A DNA stretch of 36,480 bases from Anaerolineae bacterium (GCA_016926575.1 JAFGOJ010000073.1:1-36480), one strand, 5' to 3'. Positions 7,322 through 14,633 are shown, counted from the stretch's first letter. Numbers and translations are program-made. The notes: generated by a model not told the origin, from the sequence alone.

Positions 7322-8980
7322 ATGCCTGAATATCTTTCACCTGGCGTCTACGTAGAGGAAGTGGACCGTGGCCCCAAGCCCATCGAGGGCGTGGGGACAT
7401 CGATGGCCGCATTCATCGGGTTCACCGAAAAGGCGGAACTGCGCCGCGAGATCGACGGCGAGATGGTCACCCAGGACCTGCTCAACATCCCCCAACTGGT
7501 CACCAACTGGACCCAGTTCGTCGAACGGTACGGCGAGTTCGTGCCGGGGTCGTACCTCGCCCACTCCGTCTACGGATATTTTATGAATGGCGGCACGCGT
7601 GCCTACGTGGTCAGCGTGCGCACCATCCCCAAAGCCCAGGCCGCGCTGCTCAACGCCGAGGGCAAGCCGCAACTGGTGGTGCGGGCCAGGCAGGCCGGAT
7701 TCGAAGGGATGCGTATGCGCGTCCGCATCGCCGACGTCCTGGCGCTGCCCGAACCGAAGGGGGCCAGAAAAGCCAAGAAAGAAGGGGACGAAGAAGGGCC
7801 GGCCGAGCCGGAAGGTGTGGGCGACGCGACCCCCTCATTCACCCTGATCGTCGAGCGCGAGCGGATGGACGGCGGCTGGAAGGTGGCCGAGGAAGTCCGC
7901 GACGTCACGATGCACGAGGTCAGAGAGAACGGCAAGGCCGAGGTGCGCGTGGCCTACCGGAACAACCGCCCGCCCGAGCTGGTCGAGCTACTGATCCCCG
8001 ACGCCAGCCAGCCGCTGGCGAAGGTGTGGCCGCAGGAGCAAGAACAGACGCTGCACATCGAATCGAAGCAGTTGCCCGCACCCACCAGCGCCGAGTTCCA
8101 GGGCAAGGTCACCGAGCGCAGCGGCGTGGAAGGGTTGGAGGCACTGGAAGACGTGACGATCGTGTGCGTGCCCGACCTGATGGCGTCGATGCCCGGCGAG
8201 TCGGTCGAACTGGACACGATCAAGGCCGTGCAGACGATGATGATCGCCCACTGTGAGCGGCTGGGCGACCGGGTGGCGATCCTCGATGCGCCCCCCGACA
8301 TGACGCCGCAGGAAATCAAGAAGTGGCGCATGGAGACCGCCGGCTTCGACTCCAGCTACGCCGCGCTCTACTACCCGTGGATCACGGTGATGGACCCGGT
8401 CACCAACCGGCCCATCCACATCCCTCCGTCGGGCCACATGGCGGGCATCTGGGCGCGCAACGACATCACGCGCGGCGTCCACAAAGCTCCCGCCAACGAG
8501 GTGGTGCAGGGCGCGATCGGGCTGGCCTACCAGACCACCAAGGGTGAGCAGGACACGTTGAACCCCAACGGCGTCAACTGCATCCGCGCCTTCCCCGGCC
8601 GCGGCATCCGTGTCTGGGGCGCGCGCACGCTCTCCAGCAACCCCTCGTGGCGCTACATCAACGTGCGCCGGCTGTTCAACTTCGTGGAAAAGTCGATCGA
8701 GGGCGGCACGCAGTGGGTGGTCTTCGAGCCGAACGACCGCAAGCTGTGGGCGCGCGTGCGCCGCGACGTCACCGCCTTCCTCAAGACGGTGTGGCGCGCC
8801 GGGGCGCTGTTCGGCAGCACCCCCGACGAGGCGTTCTACGTCAAGATCGACGACGAACTCAACCCGCCCGAAATCCGCGACCAGGGCAAGCTGATCATCG
8901 AAATCGGCATGGCCCCGGTCAAACCGGCCGAGTTCGTCATCTTCCGCATCAGCCAGTGGGCCGGACCGGGAGCGGAATAG
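7322..8980 (+). CDS. Contractile tail sheath protein (Afp2-4/Cis2-like)
   Basis: The N-terminus MPEYLSPGVYVEEVDRGPKPIEGVGTSMAAFIGFTEKA is the canonical sheath start. The C-terminal domain carries YAALYYPWI, VNCIRAFPGRGIRVWGARTL and WRYINVRRL motifs. RBS AAGGAGGGA precedes the ATG. Confidence 0.95.
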   Translation: MPEYLSPGVYVEEVDRGPKPIEGVGTSMAAFIGFTEKAELRREIDGEMVTQDLLNIPQLVTNWTQFVERYGEFVPGSYLAHSVYGYFMNGGTRAYVVSVRTIPKAQAALLNAEGKPQLVVRARQAGFEGMRMRVRIADVLALPEPKGARKAKKEGDEEGPAEPEGVGDATPSFTLIVERERMDGGWKVAEEVRDVTMHEVRENGKAEVRVAYRNNRPPELVELLIPDASQPLAKVWPQEQEQTLHIESKQLPAPTSAEFQGKVTERSGVEGLEALEDVTIVCVPDLMASMPGESVELDTIKAVQTMMIAHCERLGDRVAILDAPPDMTPQEIKKWRMETAGFDSSYAALYYPWITVMDPVTNRPIHIPPSGHMAGIWARNDITRGVHKAPANEVVQGAIGLAYQTTKGEQDTLNPNGVNCIRAFPGRGIRVWGARTLSSNPSWRYINVRRLFNFVEKSIEGGTQWVVFEPNDRKLWARVRRDVTAFLKTVWRAGALFGSTPDEAFYVKIDDELNPPEIRDQGKLIIEIGMAPVKPAEFVIFRISQWAGPGAE

Positions 8981-9007
8981 GACCTGGTCGAGTCGTAAGG
9001 AGGAGCG

Positions 9008-9454
9008 ATGCCCGCGAGTACGTACAACTACTTTCTGTTCATAGAGGCCGTGCCGGTCACAGAACCGTTCACCTCGGTCAGCGGCCTGGGGTCCGAGATC
9101 AGCGTGGCCAAAGAGACCATCGTCGATCCGGATACCGGTGACACGGTCATAGAAAGCATCTCGGGGCGTCCAACCTTCACCGACATCGTGCTCACCCGCC
9201 CGGTCACCGAAAACGACGGCTTCTGGCGCTGGCACAAGGATATTATAGAGAACAAAGACCGCCGCGCCAACTGCTCCATTGCTGCCCGCGACGCCAGCAA
9301 CCGCATCGTCGCCTGGTGGAACATCGAAAAAGCTTGGCCCAGCAAGATTGTCGTCTCTGAGCTCAAATCCTCGACCAGCGAGGTGTTGGAGGAAACGATC
9401 ACGCTGTCGCACGGGGGCATCACGCGCGTCCCAACGAACGAGATAACCGGCTAA
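9008..9454 (+). CDS. Tail tube protein, T4 gp19-like (Afp1/Cis1-like), paralog 1
   Basis: 148 aa. It has the FxxxIEGV...VSGLGSEISV...GRPTFTDIVLTRPV...WWNIEKAWPSK...ETITLSHGGI pattern typical of the phage_tail protein family. RBS AAGGAGGAG lies upstream. Confidence 0.9.
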   Translation: MPASTYNYFLFIEAVPVTEPFTSVSGLGSEISVAKETIVDPDTGDTVIESISGRPTFTDIVLTRPVTENDGFWRWHKDIIENKDRRANCSIAARDASNRIVAWWNIEKAWPSKIVVSELKSSTSEVLEETITLSHGGITRVPTNEITG

Positions 9455-9487
9455 AACAGATAGCTTGCAAAAACATGGAGGTGTATT

Positions 9488-9934
9488 ATGGCGGATCGGG
9501 AGGATCCCCTTGTAGCATTTAAATTTGGTCTGGAGATTGAAGGAAAGCTCACCGGCTTCTTCACCACGGTATCTGGCATCGGGTCGGAGAGCGAGGTCGT
9601 CGAGCACAAGATCACCAACCCCGACACGGGCGAGACGATCATCCAGAAGATCCCAGGCCGTTTGAGTTGGACCGACATCACCCTCAAGCGCGGGGTGACC
9701 AGCAGTGTCGACGTGTGGGAGTGGCGTCAGCAGGTCGTCGACGGACTGGTCAACGACGCGCGCACCAACTGCTCCATCGTCGCCTACAACCAGTCCAACG
9801 AAGAGATCGCACGTTGGAATCTGGACAACGCCTGGCCCAGCAAGGTCACCGGCCCGGAGATGGACTCCGGCAGCCAGGACTACATGGTCGAAGAGATCAC
9901 CATCGTCCACGAGGGCCTGGCCCGCGTGTCGTGA
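9488..9934 (+). CDS. Tail tube protein, T4 gp19-like, paralog 2
   Basis: 148 aa. Motifs: FKFGLEIEGKLTGFFTTVSGIGSESEVVEHK...PGRLSWTDITLKRGV...WNLDNAWPSKV...EEITIVHEGL. It is clearly paralogous to 9008..9454. RBS GGAGGTG lies upstream. Confidence 0.9.
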   Translation: MADREDPLVAFKFGLEIEGKLTGFFTTVSGIGSESEVVEHKITNPDTGETIIQKIPGRLSWTDITLKRGVTSSVDVWEWRQQVVDGLVNDARTNCSIVAYNQSNEEIARWNLDNAWPSKVTGPEMDSGSQDYMVEEITIVHEGLARVS

Positions 9935-9997
9935 GTGCGCCGCCAGTGGGTCCCGGGATGTCGAACGCGCTCCCGGGACCCACGAGAGGAGGTAGGG

Positions 9998-10549
9998 ATG
10001 CCATTTTTGGTACGTCCCAGTTCGACGAAGAGTCTGGGCCCCAGCGCCCACGACTTCGGCGCGGATCTGCTGGAGTACGAATACAAGCTCACCGTCGAAG
10101 GCAAAGTAACGGGCTTCTTCCAGCGCATGACCGGCGGCAAGATCGAGGTGGGTACCATCTCCCACGACATCGTCTACGAAAACGGCACCTCGACGACGCT
10201 GTTCATCCCCGGCACGACGAGCTTCGAGCCGATTACGCTGGAACGGGGATTCGCCAACTACCAGGAGCTGTACAACTGGCTGATGGAGGCCTCGTACGGG
10301 CGCATCACCCAGGCGCGGCGCGATGGCAGCATCGAAATGACGCGACGCGGCCAGCCGCTGCTACGGTGGGATTTCAGCGGCGCCTGGCCCACGACGCTCT
10401 CCGGCTTCAGCCTCAACCAGTACCAGGACGCAACCAAGGCGCGCGTCTCTATCACCATCGCCGTCGAAGCCATCGAGTACGTCGAAATCGAACCGCCTGA
10501 GGACGAAGACTTCGACGCCCAGGCGTACTTCACAGACCTGTTTTCTTGA
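9998..10549 (+). CDS. Tube-family protein, paralog 3 (possibly Afp5/Cis5-like)
   Basis: YKLTVEGKVTGFFQRMTGGKIEVGTISHD...PGTTSFEPITLERGF...WDFSGAWPTTLSGF...ITIAVEAIEY matches the same gp19-like pattern. I chose ATG 9998 because GAGAGGAGG lies 6-8 nt upstream. The track ORF starts at GTG 9935, abutting the previous stop codon, with a basic, unconvincing extension. Confidence 0.75.
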   Translation: MPFLVRPSSTKSLGPSAHDFGADLLEYEYKLTVEGKVTGFFQRMTGGKIEVGTISHDIVYENGTSTTLFIPGTTSFEPITLERGFANYQELYNWLMEASYGRITQARRDGSIEMTRRGQPLLRWDFSGAWPTTLSGFSLNQYQDATKARVSITIAVEAIEYVEIEPPEDEDFDAQAYFTDLFS

Positions 10550-10560
10550 AAAGACACCAT

Positions 10561-10752
10561 ACCAGACTCTACTGAAAAAAGCCTTCAACCACAAAGAGCA
10601 CAAAGGACACAAAGAAAAACATGAAGGAATTGCGCGAGATTGCCCAAAAAACAGCACGAAGAACAAGAGAATCTTAAGGCGAATATTGAAAATCTTAGTG
10701 CTCTTTGTGTCCTTTGTGGTTGCCTTTCCTTTTTTTCAGTAGAGTCATACCA
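10561..10752. repeat. AT-rich element of about 190 bp bounded by imperfect inverted repeats (possible MITE-like insertion, structured RNA or bidirectional regulatory module)
   Basis: The left arm gactctactgaaaaaa (10565-10580) is the exact reverse complement of ttttttcagtagagtc (10731-10746). Inner arm segments (caaccacaaag / ctttgtggttg, plus shuffled agcac-aaag-gacac blocks) extend the pairing. GC content drops sharply relative to the flanking genes. Confidence 0.8.
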
Positions 10753-10773
10753 TTCTTCCAAAAGAGGTAACGC

Positions 10774-11142
10774 GTGAGCATACAGACCGAATTCGAATTC
10801 ACCCTGCCGGTGGGGTTCGTCGACCGAGAAGGCAACGTGCACAAGCAAGGCACGATGCGCCTGGCGACGGCAATGGACGAGATCACGCCGCTCAACGATA
10901 TGCGCGTGCAAGCCAACGAGGCCTACCTGGTCATCGTGCTCCTGGCGCGGGTGATCACCCGCCTGGGCAGCCTGCCCCACATCAACACCAGCATCATCGA
11001 AAACCTCTTCGCGGCCGACCTGGCCTACTTGCAGGAGTTCTACCGCCAGATCAACGAGAGTGGGAAAACCACGCGCCCGGTGCGCTGCCCGCACTGCAAC
11101 GAGGTGCTCGAAGTGGACCTGGCCAACCTGGGGGGATCGTAG
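10774..11142 (+). CDS. Phage-tail-assembly-chaperone-like protein (small conserved CIS protein between the tube and putative tape measure genes)
   Basis: 122 aa, GTG start with AAGAGG 6 nt upstream. The sequence MSIQTEFEFTLPVGFVDREGNVHKQGTMRLATAMDEITPLND...AYLVIVLLARVITRLG...CPHCNEVLEVDL resembles, from memory, proteins annotated as phage tail assembly protein in actinobacterial CIS loci. Position is as for the lambda G / P2 E chaperones. Confidence 0.6.
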   Translation: MSIQTEFEFTLPVGFVDREGNVHKQGTMRLATAMDEITPLNDMRVQANEAYLVIVLLARVITRLGSLPHINTSIIENLFAADLAYLQEFYRQINESGKTTRPVRCPHCNEVLEVDLANLGGS

Positions 11143-11303
11143 GCTACCCCCTCGACCGCCTGCACGAGGAGGTAGCCTACATCGCCTACCACTTCCACTG
11201 GCCGCTGATGGACATCCTCAATCTGGAGCACCGCCAGCGCCGGCAGTGGGTGGGCGAGATCGCCAAGATCAACCGCAGGCTGAACGAGGCCGGTAAAGGG
11301 TAA
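11136..11303 (+). CDS. Start-codon-less ORF in the -1 frame (55 codons; DUF6760-like by memory), candidate frameshift extension of 10774..11142
   Basis: Manual translation of the frame with codon starts divisible by 3 gives IVGYPLDRLHEEVAYIAYHFHWPLMDILNLEHRQRRQWVGEIAKINRRLNEAGKG, then stop TAA 11301-11303. The composition looks protein-like. There is no in-frame ATG or GTG upstream, and the frame is open back beyond 10980. The ORF begins right after the slippery-looking G GGG GGA at 11130-11136. Confidence 0.5.
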   Translation: MVGYPLDRLHEEVAYIAYHFHWPLMDILNLEHRQRRQWVGEIAKINRRLNEAGKG

Positions 11304-11309
11304 CGCGCT

Positions 11310-11495
11310 ATGGCATATATCGATCTCTACGCACCGCCGCTCCTCGGTCGTGACGTCGAAGACGAGGAGGCCACGACGTTTCGAGTGCCGATAGAGGACG
11401 TCGACCTGTACGCGCTGGCCGAAGAGGTCGCCCGCTTGCTCAAGCACGACTTGTGGCTGGAGCGGGAGCGCCGCAGCCTGCGCCAAGCGCGGTAA
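11310..11495 (+). CDS. Small hypothetical protein (61 aa) with a C-terminal ALA..V..LLK..L.LERERR motif
   Basis: The ATG lies 6 nt after the previous stop. The N-terminus is acidic (RDVEDEEATTFRVPIEDVDLY). The C-terminal 27 residues share 13 identities with the C-terminus of the 806-aa protein at 12213..14633. Confidence 0.5.
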   Translation: MAYIDLYAPPLLGRDVEDEEATTFRVPIEDVDLYALAEEVARLLKHDLWLERERRSLRQAR

Positions 11496-11506
11496 AAGGA
11501 GGCACA

Positions 11507-12187
11507 ATGGGTTTACTGGACAAAAGCATCACCCGACCGAAGATCAGTTCCACCGGCAAGCTGGGCTCGGCCGCGTCGCACCTGGGCAGCGCGCTCACCG
11601 CACGGGCCGCCGGCGCGGCCGGCACCGCCGCCACAATGGGCATCCGCGCGTTCGAGGAGGCCTCCGGCCTGCGCTTTGACCCCGCCCCGGCCTACCTCTT
11701 CTTCGTCGAACTGTCGGGCGTCATCGTCTCGCTCTTCACCGAATGCGGCGGCCTGGAGGTCAAGCGGGACGTCAAAGAGGTGGAAGAGGGCGGCGTCAAC
11801 AACTACGTCCACAAGCTCCCCGGCCGTCTCAAGTTCGACAATATCACCCTCAAGCGCGGCCTCACGATCTCCCGCTCGCTGTGGGATTGGATGATGCAGG
11901 GCCGCTACGACTGCTCGGTGCGCTGGATCAACTTCTCGATCATCCAGGGCGCACCAGGCCACAACATCGCCACCGCCCTCGGCGCCGACGTCGACATGTG
12001 GGGCTACGGCTTCGGCAAGGTCAAACACTGGGACGTCGAAGGGGCCTACCCGGTCAAGTGGAAAATGGCCGAGCTGAGTGCGTCCAGCAAGAATACGGTC
12101 ATCGAAAGCATCGAGATCGCCCACCACGGCGTGTCGCTCAGTTACGAAGCGCTCACGCCGATGAGCCTGGTTTCCGCTGCGTTCTAG
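11507..12187 (+). CDS. Tube-family protein, paralog 4, with an Ala/Gly/Ser-rich N-terminal extension of about 50 aa
   Basis: ATG 11507 is preceded by AAAGGAGG. The track start at 11453 lies inside the previous gene. The core YLFFVELSGVIVSLFTECGGLEVKRDVKEVEEGG...KLPGRLKFDNITLKRGL...WDVEGAYPVKWKMAELSA...ESIEIAHHGV fits the gp19-like tube family. Confidence 0.75.
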   Translation: MGLLDKSITRPKISSTGKLGSAASHLGSALTARAAGAAGTAATMGIRAFEEASGLRFDPAPAYLFFVELSGVIVSLFTECGGLEVKRDVKEVEEGGVNNYVHKLPGRLKFDNITLKRGLTISRSLWDWMMQGRYDCSVRWINFSIIQGAPGHNIATALGADVDMWGYGFGKVKHWDVEGAYPVKWKMAELSASSKNTVIESIEIAHHGVSLSYEALTPMSLVSAAF

Positions 12188-12212
12188 CCGAGCACGACAA
12201 GGACGTGTTTGG

Positions 12213-14633
12213 ATGGCATCCGAGACGACTTTCCACACCGTCATCGAAAGAAGTGAGCGACTGCGGCGCTCACTGTCGCCGTGGACGCGTCGGCGCCTGG
12301 CGGCGGCTTCCCCGCCCCGCGCGCCGACGCTGACCGCAGCCAACGTGCGCGGGCTGCTGCAGCGCTCGCAACAGCGACTGGAACGCGCCACGGTCTGGAA
12401 GCCCGACGTCGGCTCGCTGCGGCCCGACCTGGTGCAGCGCTTCAGCCGCACGATCGCAGGCCGGTTCCAGAGCGCGCCGCTGGTAAGCGTCCGGCGCGCG
12501 CCGGCCCCCGCCGCCTTCGCCTGGGAAAGCGGCGCAGAGATGACATTGCTCGCCGGAACCGCCCCGTCTGCCCCAAGCGCGGAAACCCAACGCCTCCGCT
12601 CCACCCCCGGTGCGCCGAACGTCCTCAGCGCCGGGCAGCGCATCGAACCGCTGCGCCCGGCGGCTCCCACTACGCCGTCGTCGCGCCCAAAGTCCGCCCC
12701 CCGTCCGGCCCACCAGCCCACGCAGCGCAAGCCCATCGCACCCGGCACGCGCCTCTACACGCACGTGGAAGAGGTAGTTTCAGGAGACAAGAAGCAGGAG
12801 ATAGGCAGCAAGAAGCAGGAGACAGGCAGCAAGAAGCAAGAGGCAGACGCGCAGGAGCAAGGCGCAGAAGGCGGAGCGGTTTTTCTACCGCCAGAAGTCC
12901 CCGCCTCGGAACGACCACCGGCCCCGCCGCAACCGTCCCCAGCGCCCGCCGCGCCGGTGCAGCGCACGCCCACACCCCAGGCGCGGACCGCCCAGCAAGC
13001 ACCGAGCAAGAGGCAGGAGGTAGGAGGCAGGACGGTCGCGCCGCCGCCCACGCCGCGCGCGATTGCGACGCCACCGGCGGATATTGGAGCGCCGCGCGTT
13101 CAGCAGGAAGAGACGCCGCAAGCTACGCCGGTCGACATCCCTGCCCCTGCGCCCGCGGCCGAGGCGACCCCTCCACAAGCAGTTCCCATCCCGGCAGAAA
13201 CGCCTGCCGCTGCCGAACTGCCATGGGTCCAGCGCGCGGTCGAACCGAAAGCGCCGCCGCAGATGCCGCCGCCTGTCGAACCACCACCGGTCCCGCCCCG
13301 CCCCCTGCGCGCGGTCGAGCAGGCCGCGTCTCCACGCGAGGCGCAAGGGGAAACGCCGCGCGCCCCGCTGCCGAAGCCGCCGGTGCAGCGCACCGTTGGA
13401 ACCGAAGCGCCACCGCAGGCGGCGGGAGAGGATGCGCCCTCGGCCACGCCAGCCGACCCGACCGTCCGACACGCCGCCGCACCGCCGCAGGCCCCACCCG
13501 CCGGCATCCCCACCCCTGCACCCACACCAATGCACCGCACGCCCACACCCCAGACGGAGATCGCCCGGCAAGCACCGGACAAGAAGCAAGAGGCAGGAAG
13601 CAGGAAGCAAGGGGCAGGAAGCAAAAGGCAGGAAGTAGGAAGCAGGAAGCAAGAGAAAAAAGACGAGCTGCCTGTTACGCCGCCTGCGCAGCCCGCGCCG
13701 CGCCCCGAGCTGGTGTTGCGCCCCCCCACCCACCCGCCCGCCGAGGTTCGGCGAGAACCGCAGCCCACTGGCGAACCGGAAGCCGCGACGGCCTTGCCAG
13801 AAGCCGCGCAGGCCTTGCCAGAAGCCGCGCCGGCCTTGTCGGAAGCTGCTCCGATCCTGCCCGAAGCCGCGCCGCCCGCACCCGCGCAGCTATTGGCCCG
13901 CGACGTCGTGGCGCGGGCCACGCCCAGACCCGCCGCGCGGCGCACGCCGCTCCCGGTGATCCGTCGCAGACCGGTTGTTGTGCTCCGGTGCAGCGCACAG
14001 CGCACCACCGCCGCCGCTCCGCCGCTCGCCGCAGCGCAGGCAGCGACGGCCGGCCGCCGCCCGCAGCCGTCTCCGGCAAGCACGCCCGCGCCCACGTTGT
14101 ACGCGCGCAGCCCCACCCGCTACGTCGGCGCGGACGTCTCGCTGCCCGTGTCGAGGCCCGGGGCCGCGCCACCGGCAGGCACAAGCGCGGCTGTGTCGCC
14201 GCTGGAAACGGCCGTCGACGCGTGGCGCGCCCAGATTCAACGCGAGGAGCAGATGGTCCTGCCGCCAATGCCGCGAGTAGCACCGCCACAGCCCGTCACC
14301 GCCGCACCGGTACAGCACGCATCTCGACCGACGCCGTCCCCGAGCGGCCCGCAGCCCCCCACCCCCGCGTTGGCCGGGCCGCAAGCGCAGGCCGCCGCTT
14401 CCCCCGCGCTGGCCCTGCCGCCCGCGATGGAGGTGGCACGTCCTCAACCGGCGCCGACGGTGATGGCCTCCATCGCCGAGCCGCCCCCCCAGCCGGTGGT
14501 GCAGCGGGCCGAAGGTCTGGAAGCATTGGAAGAGACGGAGGAATTGGACATGGCGGCACTGGCCCAGCGCGTCTACCCGCTGGTCAAACGCCTGCTGTCG
14601 ATCGAGCGGGAGCGCCGCCCGGCAGGGCTATAA
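12213..14633 (+). CDS. Pro/Ala-rich 806-aa protein with internal heptad repeats; putative tape-measure (Afp14/Cis14-like) or lumen protein
   Basis: This frame has GC-rich third positions and a P/A/Q/E-rich but structured sequence. It ends with ELDMAALAQRVYPLVKRLLSIERERRPAGL. The overlapping 803-aa ORF in the other frame is Arg-rich junk. The gene sits between the chaperone-like genes and the LysM/VgrG baseplate genes. The tape-measure assignment is inference from position and size only. Confidence 0.6.
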   Translation: MASETTFHTVIERSERLRRSLSPWTRRRLAAASPPRAPTLTAANVRGLLQRSQQRLERATVWKPDVGSLRPDLVQRFSRTIAGRFQSAPLVSVRRAPAPAAFAWESGAEMTLLAGTAPSAPSAETQRLRSTPGAPNVLSAGQRIEPLRPAAPTTPSSRPKSAPRPAHQPTQRKPIAPGTRLYTHVEEVVSGDKKQEIGSKKQETGSKKQEADAQEQGAEGGAVFLPPEVPASERPPAPPQPSPAPAAPVQRTPTPQARTAQQAPSKRQEVGGRTVAPPPTPRAIATPPADIGAPRVQQEETPQATPVDIPAPAPAAEATPPQAVPIPAETPAAAELPWVQRAVEPKAPPQMPPPVEPPPVPPRPLRAVEQAASPREAQGETPRAPLPKPPVQRTVGTEAPPQAAGEDAPSATPADPTVRHAAAPPQAPPAGIPTPAPTPMHRTPTPQTEIARQAPDKKQEAGSRKQGAGSKRQEVGSRKQEKKDELPVTPPAQPAPRPELVLRPPTHPPAEVRREPQPTGEPEAATALPEAAQALPEAAPALSEAAPILPEAAPPAPAQLLARDVVARATPRPAARRTPLPVIRRRPVVVLRCSAQRTTAAAPPLAAAQAATAGRRPQPSPASTPAPTLYARSPTRYVGADVSLPVSRPGAAPPAGTSAAVSPLETAVDAWRAQIQREEQMVLPPMPRVAPPQPVTAAPVQHASRPTPSPSGPQPPTPALAGPQAQAAASPALALPPAMEVARPQPAPTVMASIAEPPPQPVVQRAEGLEALEETEELDMAALAQRVYPLVKRLLSIERERRPAGL
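12786..12848 (+). repeat. Three tandem 21-bp purine-rich repeats encoding KKQExGS heptads
   Basis: gacaagaagcaggagataggc / agcaagaagcaggagacaggc / agcaagaagcaagaggcagac, read directly from the sequence. The stretch is locally much less GC-rich than its surroundings. Confidence 0.85.
13578..13661 (+). repeat. Four tandem 21-bp purine-rich repeats encoding (K/R)(K/R)Q(E/G)xGS heptads; second copy of the KKQE module
   Basis: gacaagaagcaagaggcaggaagc / aggaagcaaggggcaggaagc / aaaaggcaggaagtaggaagc / aggaagcaagagaaaaaagac. The preceding peptide PMHRTPTPQTEIARQAPDKKQE parallels PVQRTPTPQARTAQQAPSKRQE upstream of the first module. Confidence 0.85.

Noticed and set aside
7245-7322. Small basic ORF (MRRSRRKSPNHLQIKSRKGSLSRRD) in the spacer upstream of the sheath gene
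   Set aside because: It is only 25 codons, has no RBS and is highly basic and low in complexity. It overlaps the sheath RBS region and is most likely a chance ORF in the 5' UTR.
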